64,000 nucleotides of DNA from Eledone cirrhosa (taxonomy: Eukaryota). A model generated the notes under the pieces. That model was not told where the DNA came from. It ran no database searches and was given only the letters and a program-made list of their open reading frames with translations. Positions 46,654-64,000 of this stretch are shown piece by piece (the stretch's first letter is position 1; the number at the start of each line of letters is the position of its first letter). A program made the position numbers and the translations under genes. The stretch is taken from assembly GCA_964016885.1 (NCBI GenBank), contig OZ024742.1, positions 235,290,001-235,354,000 of the forward strand, read 5' to 3'.

Positions 46654-46984
46654 TATATATATACACACAATATATATATACACATACATATATATATATA
46701 TATCCACATATATATATATATATACATATATGTGTATATATATATGTGTGTGTATATATGTATATTATATATATATGTGTATATATGTATATATGTATAT
46801 TATATATATATGTGTATATATACATATATATATACATATATACACATATATATGCATATATATATACATATATACACAAATATATATATATATATACACA
46901 TATATATATATATATACACACATATATATGTATATACACATATATATATATACATATACATATATACATATACATATATACATG

Positions 46985-47562
46985 ATATGGTGGCTGCCAA
47001 CTCGTTTTCGGGTACGGCCACTACTTTATATCCATGTAGGAGAACCCCTACCAATGCGCTGAAAAAGTGTGACTTTTTAGTCCAGCCAGCGACTTGAAAA
47101 CTCTGGTACCAACACTACACTTGTGACAATTATTGACACATAGTGCTGGGCCCATGGCACCATGTGATGACAAGTGCAGAGAGATCTCCAGATACAAAGC
47201 AATGCCTGTGCCGTGAAGCTTTTATAGTGAGCAAAGGCACTGCACAAAGCCAGTCCCACTCTCTTAACCAAGATGATATTTACCAAAAAGAAGAACAAGT
47301 CAACATCATTGGATACCATCAGGGTTGCAGGTGCTATATCAGAGTTTTCCTTCTCCTAGAATTCTGCCTTGACAAAGGCTAAGGGGTCATCTCTCCCGGT
47401 GATTTTGGATGGCCATTGACTCTTAAGAGCTCCTTTGCCCTTTGACAGGTTTCGTTTTTAGTCCTGCAGGATGTCCAAAGTCACCCTCCTCACCAAGAAA
47501 CCTTGGTGGGGTTGCCAGTTTAGTCGCCAACGACCCGACCATGAGACAGGTTGTACTGGGAT
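46985..47562 (+). repeat. Interspersed repeat in microsatellite (first 330 bp recur at 57933-58257); possibly an RTE-type 5' UTR
   Basis: High identity between the two copies; TTTTCCTTCTCCTAGA..GCC..AAGGCTAA motif is reminiscent of RTE leaders (inference). Confidence 0.6.
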
Positions 47563-47799
47563 ACATGTTATAAATATAGATACATTTATACATATATATA
47601 TATACATACATACATACATATATATACATACATACATACATATACATACATACATACATATACATACATACATATATATACATACATACATATATATATA
47701 TATACATACATACATATATATATACATACATATATACATATATACATATACATATATACATATATACATATATATACATACATATATACATATACATAC

Positions 47800-47830
<31 letters not shown>

Positions 47831-48088
47831 CATACATATAAACATATATATACATACATATATACATATATATACATACATATATACATATATATACATA
47901 CATATATACATATATATACATACATATATACATATATATACATACATATAAACATATATATACATACATATATACATATATATATATATGTATGTATATA
48001 TATATATACATATATATATACATATATATACATATACATTATACATATATATATATGTATGTATATATATATATATATACATATATAT

Positions 48089-49331
48089 AGGCCTTAAAAT
48101 TAACCTGGCTAAGATTAACGTTCTAGTTTGTAAGAAAGAAAATAAGGCGCCGGTCCCTTCCGGGAAATGGCCATGCTCAGTGTGTAGGAAAGGCGTAGGT
48201 AGAAACTCCATTTTATGTCCCAAATGCAAAGTATGGGTGCATAAAAGATGTAGTGGGATCACAGGTAAGCTAACTAAGAACACAGATTTCACATGTGGCC
48301 GGTGCTCTGGTGCAATAAGTAGCAGCAAGTGCCCACAAAATACTAGCTCTTTCAATTGCGCAGAGGGTTCTATAGAAATAGTGGACAGTTTCCGTTACCT
48401 AGGTGACAAAATCAGCAGTGGGGGAGGATGCTCTGAAAGTACAGTAGCCAGAGTCAGAACTGGGTGGAAAAAGTTCAGAGAGCTTATACCACTATTAGCC
48501 GCTAAAGGGTTCTCCCTAAAAATGAAAGGCAGGTTGTATGATGCCTGCATACGAACAGCAATGTTGCAGGGCAGTGAGACCTGGGCATTGTGTGCAGAGG
48601 ATATACGCAGACTAGAGAGGAACGAAGCTTGCATGCTCCGCTGGATGTGTAATAGTAATATACGTGAACGACAAAGCATAAACGAACTAAGGAAAAAATT
48701 AGAAATAAGAGGGATCAGATGTTGTTTACTCGAGAGAAGGCTACGTTGGTATGGTCACGTGATGTGCATGAAAGACGACAGCTGTATAACAAAGTGCAGG
48801 GCAATAAAGATAGACGGTAGCCACAGAGTAGGCAGACCCAGAAAAACCTGGGACGAGCTGATAAATTCCGACCTCACACACTTACACCTCTCCAAGACAA
48901 TGTCACTGGACCGAGACCTTTGGCGGTACTCAGTAACAGAGAAGACCCGCCTTACCTAAATACAAAGTAAAACCTACTACAGTCAGTAGGCATCTCTAAC
49001 AAAATACACCCCCGTCCCACCACTCCCGCCCCTTTCAATGTAAAGTTATGTTGGTGCCACAACATCCAGGCCGAAACAAATGAGATTGTGTAGGTGTCAC
49101 GACAAAAAACACATAGTCCACGCTGTAATGTGGCCGTGTAGGCAACACGGTAAAAACCTCCCAGCCCCACACTGTAAATGTGGTTGGTGTTAGGAAGGGC
49201 ATCTAGCTGTAGAAAACCCGCCAGACAGTCCTATGCGAGCAAGACAACCACTCTTGCCTCAAGTGGGAAAACTCCCATCCAAACCCATGCAAGCGTGGAA
49301 CATGGACGTTAAACAATGATGATGATGATGA
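48089..49331 (+). mobile_element. 5'-truncated copy of the same RTE family
   Basis: Nearly identical to 45308-46540; (GAT)n tail; embedded in (TA)n. Confidence 0.93.
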
Positions 49332-49394
49332 TATATACATATATATACATATACATATATATATATATATACATATATATACACATATATATCC

Positions 49395-49432
<38 letters not shown>

Positions 49433-49467
49433 TTATGTGTATATATATATATATATATACATATATG

Positions 49468-49820
49468 GAGGTACATGGCTTATCGAAAGGTTGTGAGTTC
49501 AATACTCAGACTTCCTTGAGCAAGACACTTTATTTCACATTGCTCTAGTTTACTCAGCTGTAGAAATGAGATGATAGGACTGGGTTCCCTATCATTCCAC
49601 TGGAAAGTGGACGTGTAGGCGCCAGGGAAAAAAAAGCACCCAGCACTCACAGCAAATGAGGTTGGTGTTAGGAAGGGCATCCACCTGTAGAAATCAAGCC
49701 AGAATCATTTCTCTTATGAGCAAGAAAAGATCAGCCGACTGGACACTGCCCACAAGAGGACAACCCATCTAACCCATGCTAGCGTGGAAGAACGGACGTA
49801 AAACACTGATGATTATGATA
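49468..49820 (+). mobile_element. CORE-like SINE copy with deletions
   Basis: Similar to 29878-30216 and 8943-9358. Confidence 0.75.
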
Positions 49821-50145
49821 TATATCCATACATATATATATATATATATACATATATACTTATATATTTATATATATACATAAATATGTATATATATATG
49901 TATATATATATCCATATATATTTATATATATACATAAATATGTATATATATATATATATGTATATATATATACATATCCATATATATACATATATATATA
50001 TGTATATATATATACATATATATCCATATACATGTACATATATATTCATATATCTCCATATATATATATATATACATATATATATATGTATATATATATA
50101 CATATATATCCATATACATATACATATATATCCATATATATATAC

Positions 50146-50176
<31 letters not shown>

Positions 50177-50320
50177 TATATATCCATATACATATACATA
50201 TATATCCATATACATATACATATATATCCATATACCTATACATATATATACATATATATCCATATACCTATACATATATATACATATACTTATATATATA
50301 TACATATATATACATATACA

Positions 50321-50380
<60 letters not shown>

Positions 50381-50392
50381 TATACATATACA

Positions 50393-50424
<32 letters not shown>

Positions 50425-50425
50425 C

Positions 50426-50458
<33 letters not shown>

Positions 50459-50927
50459 CATATATACATATATATACATATATATACATATATATATAAA
50501 ATTTCAGGTTATCAATAATGTAGTGATAATATATCGTTACGTTAGAGATGAACAGCGTACGTGCAGGTTTGCTCAACGAGTATAAATTATATTCCGGAGA
50601 AAATGTAGAAAGGATGAATATAAAATGAAAGTGCTTTTTTTAAAAAAGGAATTTATTAGGTATTGACATATGTTTCTGTAACAGACGGAATACCTATGTA
50701 TCGCTGCTTGCGTAATCATATAATGTTAGCAAGTATTCGATAGCAAATGTATAATCAGTTGTCACTTCTACAGAGATTTTGGATAAATTGGATAAAATCA
50801 GAAAAATTGAAGTATTTATATTAGTAATAGAGGAAGAAACAGAGGGGATAGTATATGACAGATGGTAAATTAATTTACTGCTAAACAAGTATATAATGGG
50901 TTTCTAATGAGAATACCATGAGTAAAT

Positions 50928-53694
50928 CATCATCATCATCATCATCACCGTTTTACGTCCGTTCTTCCACGCTAGCATGGGTTAGACGGGTTGTCCTGTT
51001 GTGGGCAGTGTCTGGTCGGCTGACCATGCCTTGCTCATACAGGAACTGATCTGGCTTGATTTCTACAGCTGGATGCCCTTCCTAACACCAACCTCATTTA
51101 CAGTGAGTGCTGGGTGCTTTTTCGTGGCGCCTACACGTCCACTTTACAGTGTGGGCTGGGTGCTTTTTTGCCGTGGCACCTCCACGACCACCTTGCGGTG
51201 GGGGGAGTGGGGGCATATTGTTTATATGCTTCAGCATGTACCCATGGGAGGTCGGGTACCCTGTATTACTGCGTGACGCCAGAAGTCACGGTCGTGTGTC
51301 ATTGACTTTGAGAGGTGTAGTTGGGTAAGGTCGGCTTTTATCACCTCATCCCAAGTCATCTTGGGTCTCCCCACTCCGCGGTTTCCATCAACTTCTAGTG
51401 CTCTGCACCTTTTTATGCAGCTGTCATCCTTCATACGCATCACATGTCCATACCAGCGTAACCGCCTCTCCTGCACGCAGCATTTGATTCCTCTTATGCT
51501 CAGTCTCTCTCTCAATTCCTTTATGCTTTGTCGTTCACGTATATTACTGTTACACATCCATCGGAGCATGCAGGCTTCGTTTCTCTCTAATCTACGTAAG
51601 TCTTCCACCTTCAGCGCCCAGGTCTCACTACCATGCAACATCGCTGTTCGGATACACGCATCATACAGTCTGCCTTTCATTCTGAGGGAGAAGCGTTTTG
51701 CAGCTAGCAGTGGTAGTAGTTCCCTAAACTTCTTCCATCCCGTTCTTACCCTAGTTATTGTACTTTCTGAGCACCCACCTCCGTTGCTAATTCGGTCACC
51801 TAGGTAGCAGAAGCTGTCTACTGTTTCTACAGGGCCCTCCCAGAGATTGGTGGTACTTGTTTCCTGTGGCTGTTTGCTTGCTGTTTCAGCACAGCTGCTG
51901 CATGTGAATCCTACATTCTTAATTAAGCTTCCTGAGATCCCGCTACATCTCTTGTGTACCCATTGTTTGCATTTGGGGCAGAGAATGGAGTTCCTACCTA
52001 CACCTTTCCTACATACTGAGCAAGGCCATTTCCCTGAGGGGATCTGGGTTCTGTTTTCTCGTCTACTTACAAGGACCTTAGTCTTTGTCATGTTGACTTT
52101 GAGGCCCTTTCTCTCTAGTCCCTGCTTCCAGGTTTGGAATTTATTCTCTAGTTCTACCATACATTCAGCTATGAGTGCGAGGTCATCAGCATACAGGAGT
52201 TCCCATGGGCATCCGGTCTTAAACTCCTCCGTTATTGCCTGCAGGACTATGATGAACAGGAGAGGGCTAAGAACAGAGCCCTGGTGGACCCCAACCTGTA
52301 CGCTAAATTCCTCGCTATACTCATTGCTAATCCTAACTTTGCTGACTGCTCCCCTATACATGGCTTGTACCGCTTTCACAAGCCATTCATCTACTCCTAG
52401 TTTTCTAAGAGCCCACCAGATTACTGCACGTGGAACTCCGTCAAAGGCTTTCTCAAGGTCGACAAATGCCAAGTAGAGTGGCTTACTTTTAGCTAGGTAC
52501 TTTTCCTGTAATTGCCTCACAAGGAAGAGGGCATCAGTGGTGCCTTTCCCTGGTACAAACCCAAATTGCATCTCGTCTATATTCACCCGGTCCCTAATCA
52601 GCTGTGCTATAACTCTTTCTGTTACTTTCATGACCTGGTCCATCAACTTTATACCTCTATAGTTTCCTCTATCTAGTGCATCGCCTTTACCTTTGTAGCA
52701 GTTGACAATGATGCTACTGCACCAATCTTTTGGTATGGCCCCTTCTAGTATTACCTGGTTAACGATACGTGTGGTTATAGTGTGACCTACAGACCCAGAT
52801 GCCTTCAGCATCTCGGCAGCTATACCCGATGGACCGGTTGCCTTCCCTATCTTCATATCTCTGATTGCCTTACTTACTACGCTGCCGCTGACTTGTACTG
52901 CTGGTCCCTGTATAGGGTCTACGTGGGGTAGGTTCTCTTCTTCCCATGCATTCTCCTCATTTAGTAATCTATCATAATGACTCTTCCATGCATCTTTCTT
53001 CTCAGCACTTGTGAGGGCAAGCTCACCTTTATCATTCCGGATACACTTCTCTCCAATGACATCACAACTATCTCTGACACACTGCCTCGCAATCTTGAAT
53101 ACCTCCTGTTTCTGGTCCTCACGTTGTAAAACATGCTTGAATTTTCTATCCTCTGCTTCCCTCCTAGCTAAGTATACTTGTCGCCTAGCTTCCCTCTTGG
53201 TCTCTATGTAATGTACCCTGCTCCCCCCGTTCTTCCATTCTTTCCATGCCTGTCTCTTGGCCTTGACTGCTTCATCTACCTTATTGTTCCACCACCAAGT
53301 CACTCTCCTCCTGCTTGAGGTCTTACTCCAGCCACAAACCTCATCCGTCGTCTCTAGTAAGTTATTTTTTAGGAACTCCCAGTTCTCTTCTACGTTAAAT
53401 GTCTCTATCTGTTCTTCTTTACTGTCGTAGGCATTGAGTAAAATATCTTTAAATCTGTTACTGGTTGAGGGGACTTTCAGCTTCCAGATCTTTCTTCTCC
53501 AGGTTGGCCTCTGTTTCCGGGTTCGTCTAGTTCTGACCGTGAGGTCGCTGACAACTAAGCTATGTTGGGATGTACATTCCTCACTAGGGAAGGCTTTTGT
53601 GTTTACGACCGTCCATCTGTCACGTCCTCTGATGAGGATAAAATCTAACTGACTAGAGTGCTCCCCTGATCTATAGGTGATCAGGTGGTTGTCG
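50928..53694 (-). mobile_element. 5'-truncated RTE-clade LINE (sister subfamily), remaining ORF open to 51231
   Basis: [10 protein letters not shown] through RT (YADD), PHD-like finger, LRWYGHV; (GAT)n tail at 50928-50947. Confidence 0.93.
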
Positions 53695-54098
53695 AATATG
53701 TATATATATATACATATACATATATATATATGAATATGTATATATATATACATATACACATACATACATACATATATACATACATATATACATACATACA
53801 TATATACATACATACATAGATATATACATATATATATACATATACATTCATATATATATATACATATACATACATATATATATATACATATACATACATG
53901 TATACATATACATACATATATATATACATATACATACATATATACATATATATACATATATATATACATATATATATACACATATATATATACACATATA
54001 TATATATATACACATATATATATATATACACATATATATATCGTTTCTGAATTTGTTTAGCAAGATTCTTTATCTGAAATCGTGTGTTGAAACCGATA

Positions 54099-55711
54099 TT
54101 GTTATACTTTGGGAGGGTCATGTTGCCAATAAGAAACACACGCACCAGTTGCTTTCACTTCAATTTATTATATATTTATAAATTTATAAATTTACAAATC
54201 TACAAACCTATAAATTTCTGGTTGGTTGGTTGGTTCCACAACCAGATAGTTGTTTATATATAGTCATAGTCCTTTCGTCACACACTCTGTGACCTCTTCA
54301 GTGACTGGGGATTCCTTTCTTCGTTTCTGTGCCTTTCCTTTCTTCTATCCTACGCCATTTTGTTTCTGTGTGTGTGTTGTGTGCTCAGTTTGCGCATGCG
54401 CCACATCCGGGTGTCTGTGTGTGTTTGTGTTCATTTATCTATTTGTTTATTTATTTATTTATTTATTTATTGTTGGTTGCCCGTTTGTTCCATGTGTGTG
54501 TGTGTCCTCATTTTGTCCTGTGTGTGTTTTCATTTTATCCCCAATCGTAAGTTGTTTGTTCTATGTGTGTGTGTTTTTTCATTTTGTCCTTAATTGTAAG
54601 TTGTGATGTTGCTGTTCCACTCATATTTTCTATTTAATTTTGGTTTTAATTCTTTTATGCTTACTGCCTCTGTAATTTGCCTAAACATTGCGTCTTTTCT
54701 GTGTGTGGATTCTATTTTTATTTCTATGCTCTCTAATCTACCCCTGTGTTCTATCTTAGCATGTTGGTAGAGCACAGATGATTCTTTATTATCTTGGCGG
54801 TCTCACCAGTGTTCATTTATTCGTTCCCCTATACTACGAGCTGTCTCACCTATGTACACTATATTTTTGTTTCTACATTGTCCTTCAGTACATCTTATGC
54901 TATACACTACATTTCTAGTTTTACAGTTAATATGGGGGCTTATTTTACAGGTTATACATTTCTTATCTATACATGAGGGTCTTTGGAACGGGTATGTCTT
55001 GCTAATAAGTGTTTTTACGGAGGTACCAGGTCTTTCTACTATCTTAATATTGAGATTATGTTTATTTAGGGCCCTTCTAAATTTGTAGGCTAGTTCGCCT
55101 CTAGGGGTTGTATTGATGAACATTACACTCTGGTATTTATTGCTATCATACCATGAGTTTATTCTATTGGCCTTGTTCCTAGTTCTTTCTATTCTATTCC
55201 AAAATTTACTCCTATACAAGGGGCAGGTCCCATTTATGTCATTATTTACCATTTTTTCCCATTTGATTCTGGCTCCTTTATACACTCTGATTCTATCTCT
55301 CTGATTGTAGCCAGAGAACTGCATACGATGGATGAAGTGTTGTATGTGTCTCTCTAGTTCTTCGGGGTTGCACATGCGGGACACATTTCTCATCACCCGT
55401 ACCAAATCCGCAATCAGTATGTTGATTTTGGTATGGTCCGAAATGGCCGAGTTTCGGTGGATCAGATGTTTGGAAGTCATGGGTTTGGCATAATGGGAAT
55501 GGAGGATTTGAAGAGGTCACAGAGTGTGTGACGAAAGGACTATGACTATATATAAACAACTATCTGGTTGTGGAACCAACCAACCAACCAGAAATTTATA
55601 GGTTTGTAGATTTGTAAATTTATAAATTTATAAATATATAATAAATTGAAGTGAAAGCAACTGGTGCGTGTGTTTCTTATTGGCAACATGACCCTCCCAA
55701 AGTATAACACA
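54099..55711 (-). mobile_element. Penelope-like element, 5'-truncated, with inverted pseudo-LTR
   Basis: ORF 54803..55480: RT thumb (SGY), C..C..C linker, NVVY..C..YIGETARSIGERINEH (GIY-YIG), continuing in 54590..54775 (EAVSI..KPKLN). About 200 bp at 54099-54300 is inverted at 55509-55711. Confidence 0.9.
54262..54306 (-). ncRNA. Minimal type I hammerhead ribozyme in the Penelope pLTR
   Basis: AGTCA-CTGAAGA-G-GTCACA gagtg TGTGAC-GAAA-GGAC-TA^TGACT; helix I AGTCA/TGACT; rudimentary helix III. Confidence 0.75.
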
Positions 55712-55713
55712 TT

Positions 55714-55752
<39 letters not shown>

Positions 55753-55804
55753 ATATATACATATATATATATACACTTATATATATATACATATATATAT
55801 ATAC

Positions 55805-55855
<51 letters not shown>

Positions 55856-56586
55856 CATATATATACATATATATATATACATATATATACATATATATAT
55901 ATACATATACATACATATATATACATATACATACGTATATATACATATATATACATACATATATATACATATACATACATACATATATATATACATATAC
56001 ATATATATATACATACATATACATACATATATATATACATACATATACATACATATATATATACATACATATACATACATATATATATACATACATATAC
56101 ATACATATATATATACATACATATACATACATATATATATACATACATATACATACATATATATATATATACATATACATATATATATATACATATACAT
56201 ATATATACATATACATATACATATATATACATATACATATATATACATATACATATATATATATGTACATATACATATATATACATATACATATATATAT
56301 ATACATATATATATACATATACATACATATATATATATACATATACATATATATATATATACATATACATACATATATATATACATATACATATATATAT
56401 ATACATATACATATATATATACATATACATACATATATATATACATATACATACATATATACATATACATATACATACATATACATACATATACATATAT
56501 ATATACATATATATATATACATATATATATATACATATATATATATACAGAAACATACATATACATATATATATATATACATACAT

Positions 56587-56633
<47 letters not shown>

Positions 56634-56956
56634 TATATATACATACATATACATATACATACATATACATATATATACATATATATATACATATACATAT
56701 ATATACATATACATATACATACATATACATACATATACATATATATACATATATATATATACATACATATATATACAAACATATATATATATACATATAC
56801 ATACATATATATATATATACATATAGATACATATCTATATATCCATATATATGTATATGTATATGTATATACATATACATATATATATATACATATACAT
56901 ATATATATACATATATACATATACATATATATATATATTTGTATATATACATATAC

Positions 56957-56988
<32 letters not shown>

Positions 56989-57298
56989 ATGAATATGTAT
57001 ATATATACATATACATATATATATGAATATGTATATATATATACATATACATATATATATATATATGTATATATATATACATATACATTCATATATATAT
57101 ATATACATATACATACATATATATATACATATACATACATATATATATACATATACATACATATATATATATACATATACATACATATATATATATATAC
57201 ATATACATACATATATACATATATATATACATACATATACATACATATATATATATATACATATACATACATATATACATATACATATATACATACAA

Positions 57299-57361
<63 letters not shown>

Positions 57362-57374
57362 CATATATATATAC

Positions 57375-57409
<35 letters not shown>

Positions 57410-57472
57410 CACATATATATATATATACATATATATATATCTACACATATATATATATACATATATATACAC

Positions 57473-57503
<31 letters not shown>

Positions 57504-57604
57504 CACACACATATATATATACATATATATATATACACACACATATATATATACATATATATATATACACACACATATATATATACATATATATATATAC
57601 ACAC

Positions 57605-57635
<31 letters not shown>

Positions 57636-57684
57636 CACACATATATATATATATATCCATATATATATATACACATATATATAT

Positions 57685-57781
<97 letters not shown>

Positions 57782-58571
57782 CATATATATACATATATAT
57801 ATATATACATATATATACATATATATATATATACATATATATACAATATATATATATACATACATATATATATACATATACATACATATATATATACACA
57901 TACATATATATATACATATATACATACATATATGGTGGCTGCCAACTCGTTTTCAAGTACGGCCACTACTTTATATCCATGTAGGAGAATCCCTACCGAT
58001 GCGCTGAACGAGTGTGACTTTTTAGTCCAGCCAGCGACTTGAAAACTCTGGTACAAACACGTGACAATTATTGACACATATTGCTGGGCCCATGGTACCA
58101 TGTGACGACAAGTGCAGAGAGATCTCCAGATATAAAGCAATGCCTGTGCCGTGAAGCTTTTATAGTGAGCAAAGGCACTGCACAAAGCCAGTCCCACTCT
58201 CTTAACCAAGATATTTACCAAAAAGAAGAACAAGTCAACATCATTGGATACCATCAGAGTTATATACATACACATATACATACACATATACATATACATA
58301 TATATATATATACACATATACATACACATATACATATATACATACACATACATTTATATATATACATACACGTACATACATATATATACATACACATACA
58401 TACACATACATATATATATACATACACATACATATATATATATACATACACATACATATATATATATACATACACATACATATATATATATACATACACA
58501 TACATATATATATATACATACACATACATATATATATATATACATACACATTCATATATATATATACATAC

Positions 58572-58603
<32 letters not shown>

Positions 58604-59335
58604 ACATATACATACATATATATATATACACATACATATATATATATATATACATATACATACATATATATATATATACATACATATATATATATACATA
58701 TACATACATATATATATATACATATACATACATATATGTATATACATACACATACATATATATATATACATACATATATATATATACATACACATACATA
58801 TATATATATATACATACACATACATATATATATATATATACATACACATACATATATATATATACATACACATATATATATATACATACACATACATATA
58901 TATATATATACACATACATATATATATATATATACATACACATACATATATATATATATATACATACACATACATATATATACATATACATACATATATA
59001 TATATACATATACATACATATATATATATACTTATACATATATATATATATATATATACATATACATACATATATATATATACATATACATACATATATA
59101 TATATACATATACATACATATATATATATACATATACATACATATATATATATATACATATACATACATATATATATATACATATACATACATATATATA
59201 TATACATATACATACATATATATATATATACATATATATATATACATACATATACATATATATATACATACATATATATACATATACATACATATATATA
59301 TATATACATACATATAGATATATACATATACATAC

Positions 59336-59366
<31 letters not shown>

Positions 59367-60007
59367 CATACATATATATATATACATATATATATATACA
59401 TACATATACATATATATACATACATATACATATATATATATATACATACATATACATATATATATATATATACATACATATACATATATATATATATACA
59501 TACATATACATATATATACATACATATACATATATATATATATACATACATATACATATATATATATACATACATATACATATATACATATACATATATA
59601 TATATACATATATATATATACATATATACATATATATATATACATATATATATATACATATATATATATACATATACATATATACATATATATATATACA
59701 TATACATATATACATATATACATATATACATATACATATACATATATATATATACATATACATATATACATATATACATATACATATACATATATACATA
59801 TATACATATACATATACATATATATATATACATATACATACATATATATATACATACATATATATATACATACATATATATATACATACATATATATATA
59901 TACATATATATACATACATATATATATACATACATTTATATATACATATACACATACATATATATACATATACATATACATATATATATACATATACATA
60001 TATATAC

Positions 60008-60042
<35 letters not shown>

Positions 60043-60068
60043 CACATATATATATATATATACACATA

Positions 60069-60100
<32 letters not shown>

Positions 60101-60153
60101 CATATATATATATTTATACATATATATATATATATACATAAATATATATATAC

Positions 60154-60184
<31 letters not shown>

Positions 60185-60257
60185 CTTATATATATATACA
60201 TATATATATATTTATACATATATATATATATACATATATATATATACATATATATAT
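55712..60257. repeat. Very long compound (TA)n/(TACA)n/(TATACA)n microsatellite, interrupted at 57933-58257
   Basis: Direct reading. Confidence 0.95.
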
Positions 60258-61042
60258 ATCTCAAAAGAGAATCAGGCTACAAATTCATCCACAGAATTTA
60301 GTGAAATCCAGGGAAAAATCAATAGACCTTTAACTCATGATAAAATAAAGTTTAAAACACTTATCCTTCAATTTGGAATAACATCAAATGCTCTGTATAG
60401 TCTTAAAAGACTATTTCATGAAAACTTTCAGTGGAGATGGTCACTGTTGGGTTTCAATCGTCAGCAGAGCTCAACAGATAACCAGGGCTACCACAGTATT
60501 ATAAGCCGATAGGGAATTCTAAAACTGGCTAGTTCACCATCATCCGTGATTATGAAAACGCACATGAGGAAAAACGGGGCTAGTGACGTCAGGATGAAAA
60601 TGAATGTTTATTTACAAGAAATAACAGTCAAATATATTCTGAAAAAAAACTCTACAAAAGGAATTCAGCAAATAGCAATATTATCACAGTTTTTATAAAA
60701 AAAACGGGATTAGTCACAGATAATTTAAGCACTCTAGGAAAAGAATCCGAGTATAAGTATAAATGAAAGGTATAGAAATTGTTTTAGCGAGAAGCTAATA
60801 GTATTCTATAACATATATGCAACTATGTCGTCAAGATGGGAAAAGTAGTTAACGTAAGATTTAGGAAAAATAATTCAAACTCATCTCAAAAGAGAATCAG
60901 GATACAAATTCATCCACAGAATTTAGTGAAATCCAGGGAAAAATCAATAGACCTTTAACTCATGATAAAATAAAGTTTAAAACGCTTATCCTTCAATTTG
61001 GAATAACATCAAATGCTCTGCATAGTCTTAAAAGACGATTTC

Positions 61043-61044
<2 letters not shown>
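60258..61044 (-). mobile_element. Small element with 162-bp direct terminal repeats and a degenerate hammerhead-like motif (Penelope pLTR or retrozyme-like)
   Basis: 60258-60419 matches 60883-61044 (offset 625); - strand CTGACGA..TGAAAC/GTTTTCA..GAAA at about 60414-60467. Confidence 0.5.
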
Positions 61045-61083
<39 letters not shown>

Positions 61084-61096
61084 TATATGTACATAT

Positions 61097-61444
61097 CATC
61101 ATTCATCATTTCATCATTTCATTTTACGTCCACTTTTTCCCTGCTTGCAAGGGTGGGACGGGAACTGATTCTGGCTTGATTTCTACAGCTGGATGCCCTT
61201 CCTAACACCAACCTCATTTACAGTGAGTGCTGGGTGCTTTTTTGCCGTGGCACCTCCACGACCACTTTGCAGTGGAATGATAGGGACCTCAGTCCCTATC
61301 ATCTCATTTCTACAGCTGAGTAAACGGGAGTAATGTGAAATAAAGTGTCTTGCTCAAGGAAACAACACATCACCCGGTCTTAGAATTGAACTCACAACCT
61401 TTCGATTGCAAGGCCAATGCTCTAACCACCAAGCCATGTGCCTC
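61097..61444 (-). mobile_element. CORE-like SINE (full length)
   Basis: Reverse complement of the 29878-30216 family. Confidence 0.85.
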
Positions 61445-63955
<2,511 letters not shown>

Positions 63956-64000
63956 GCATCAGTTTAGCCGACGTTTATTATAACGCCGGCTGCTTTGTTC

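Noticed and set aside
50500-50925. Possible Penelope 3' remnant (also 27460-27830)
   Set aside because: Only vague similarity to GIY-YIG C-termini; too degenerate to call by eye.

Overview
Eukaryotic (animal) DNA dense in transposons and microsatellites. The SINE content and compound (TA)n/(TACA)n tracts suggest a cephalopod such as an octopus (inference). The only clear host-type gene is an intronless effector caspase (23045-23902, -). Retroelements: a head-to-tail array of Tx1/L1-clade LINEs separated only by (GATA)n tracts (one near-intact), two further Tx1 copies, RTE-clade LINEs carrying a PHD-type finger after the RT core, Gypsy and CR1 fragments, a solo LTR, a Penelope-like element and two SINE families. 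DNA transposons: a full-length Helitron (14568-22485) with a non-autonomous partner, hAT/Buster and Merlin remnants, and two DD37D Tc1/mariner relics. The most notable signals are (i) an apparently TAGATA/(GATA)n-targeting Tx1 family with a conserved twin-hairpin 5' leader, (ii) several hammerhead-ribozyme-bearing foldback or direct-repeat elements, and (iii) unusual LTR-like direct repeats and an antisense Rep fragment inside the Helitron. All calls come from reading motifs by eye; no database search or folding program was run.
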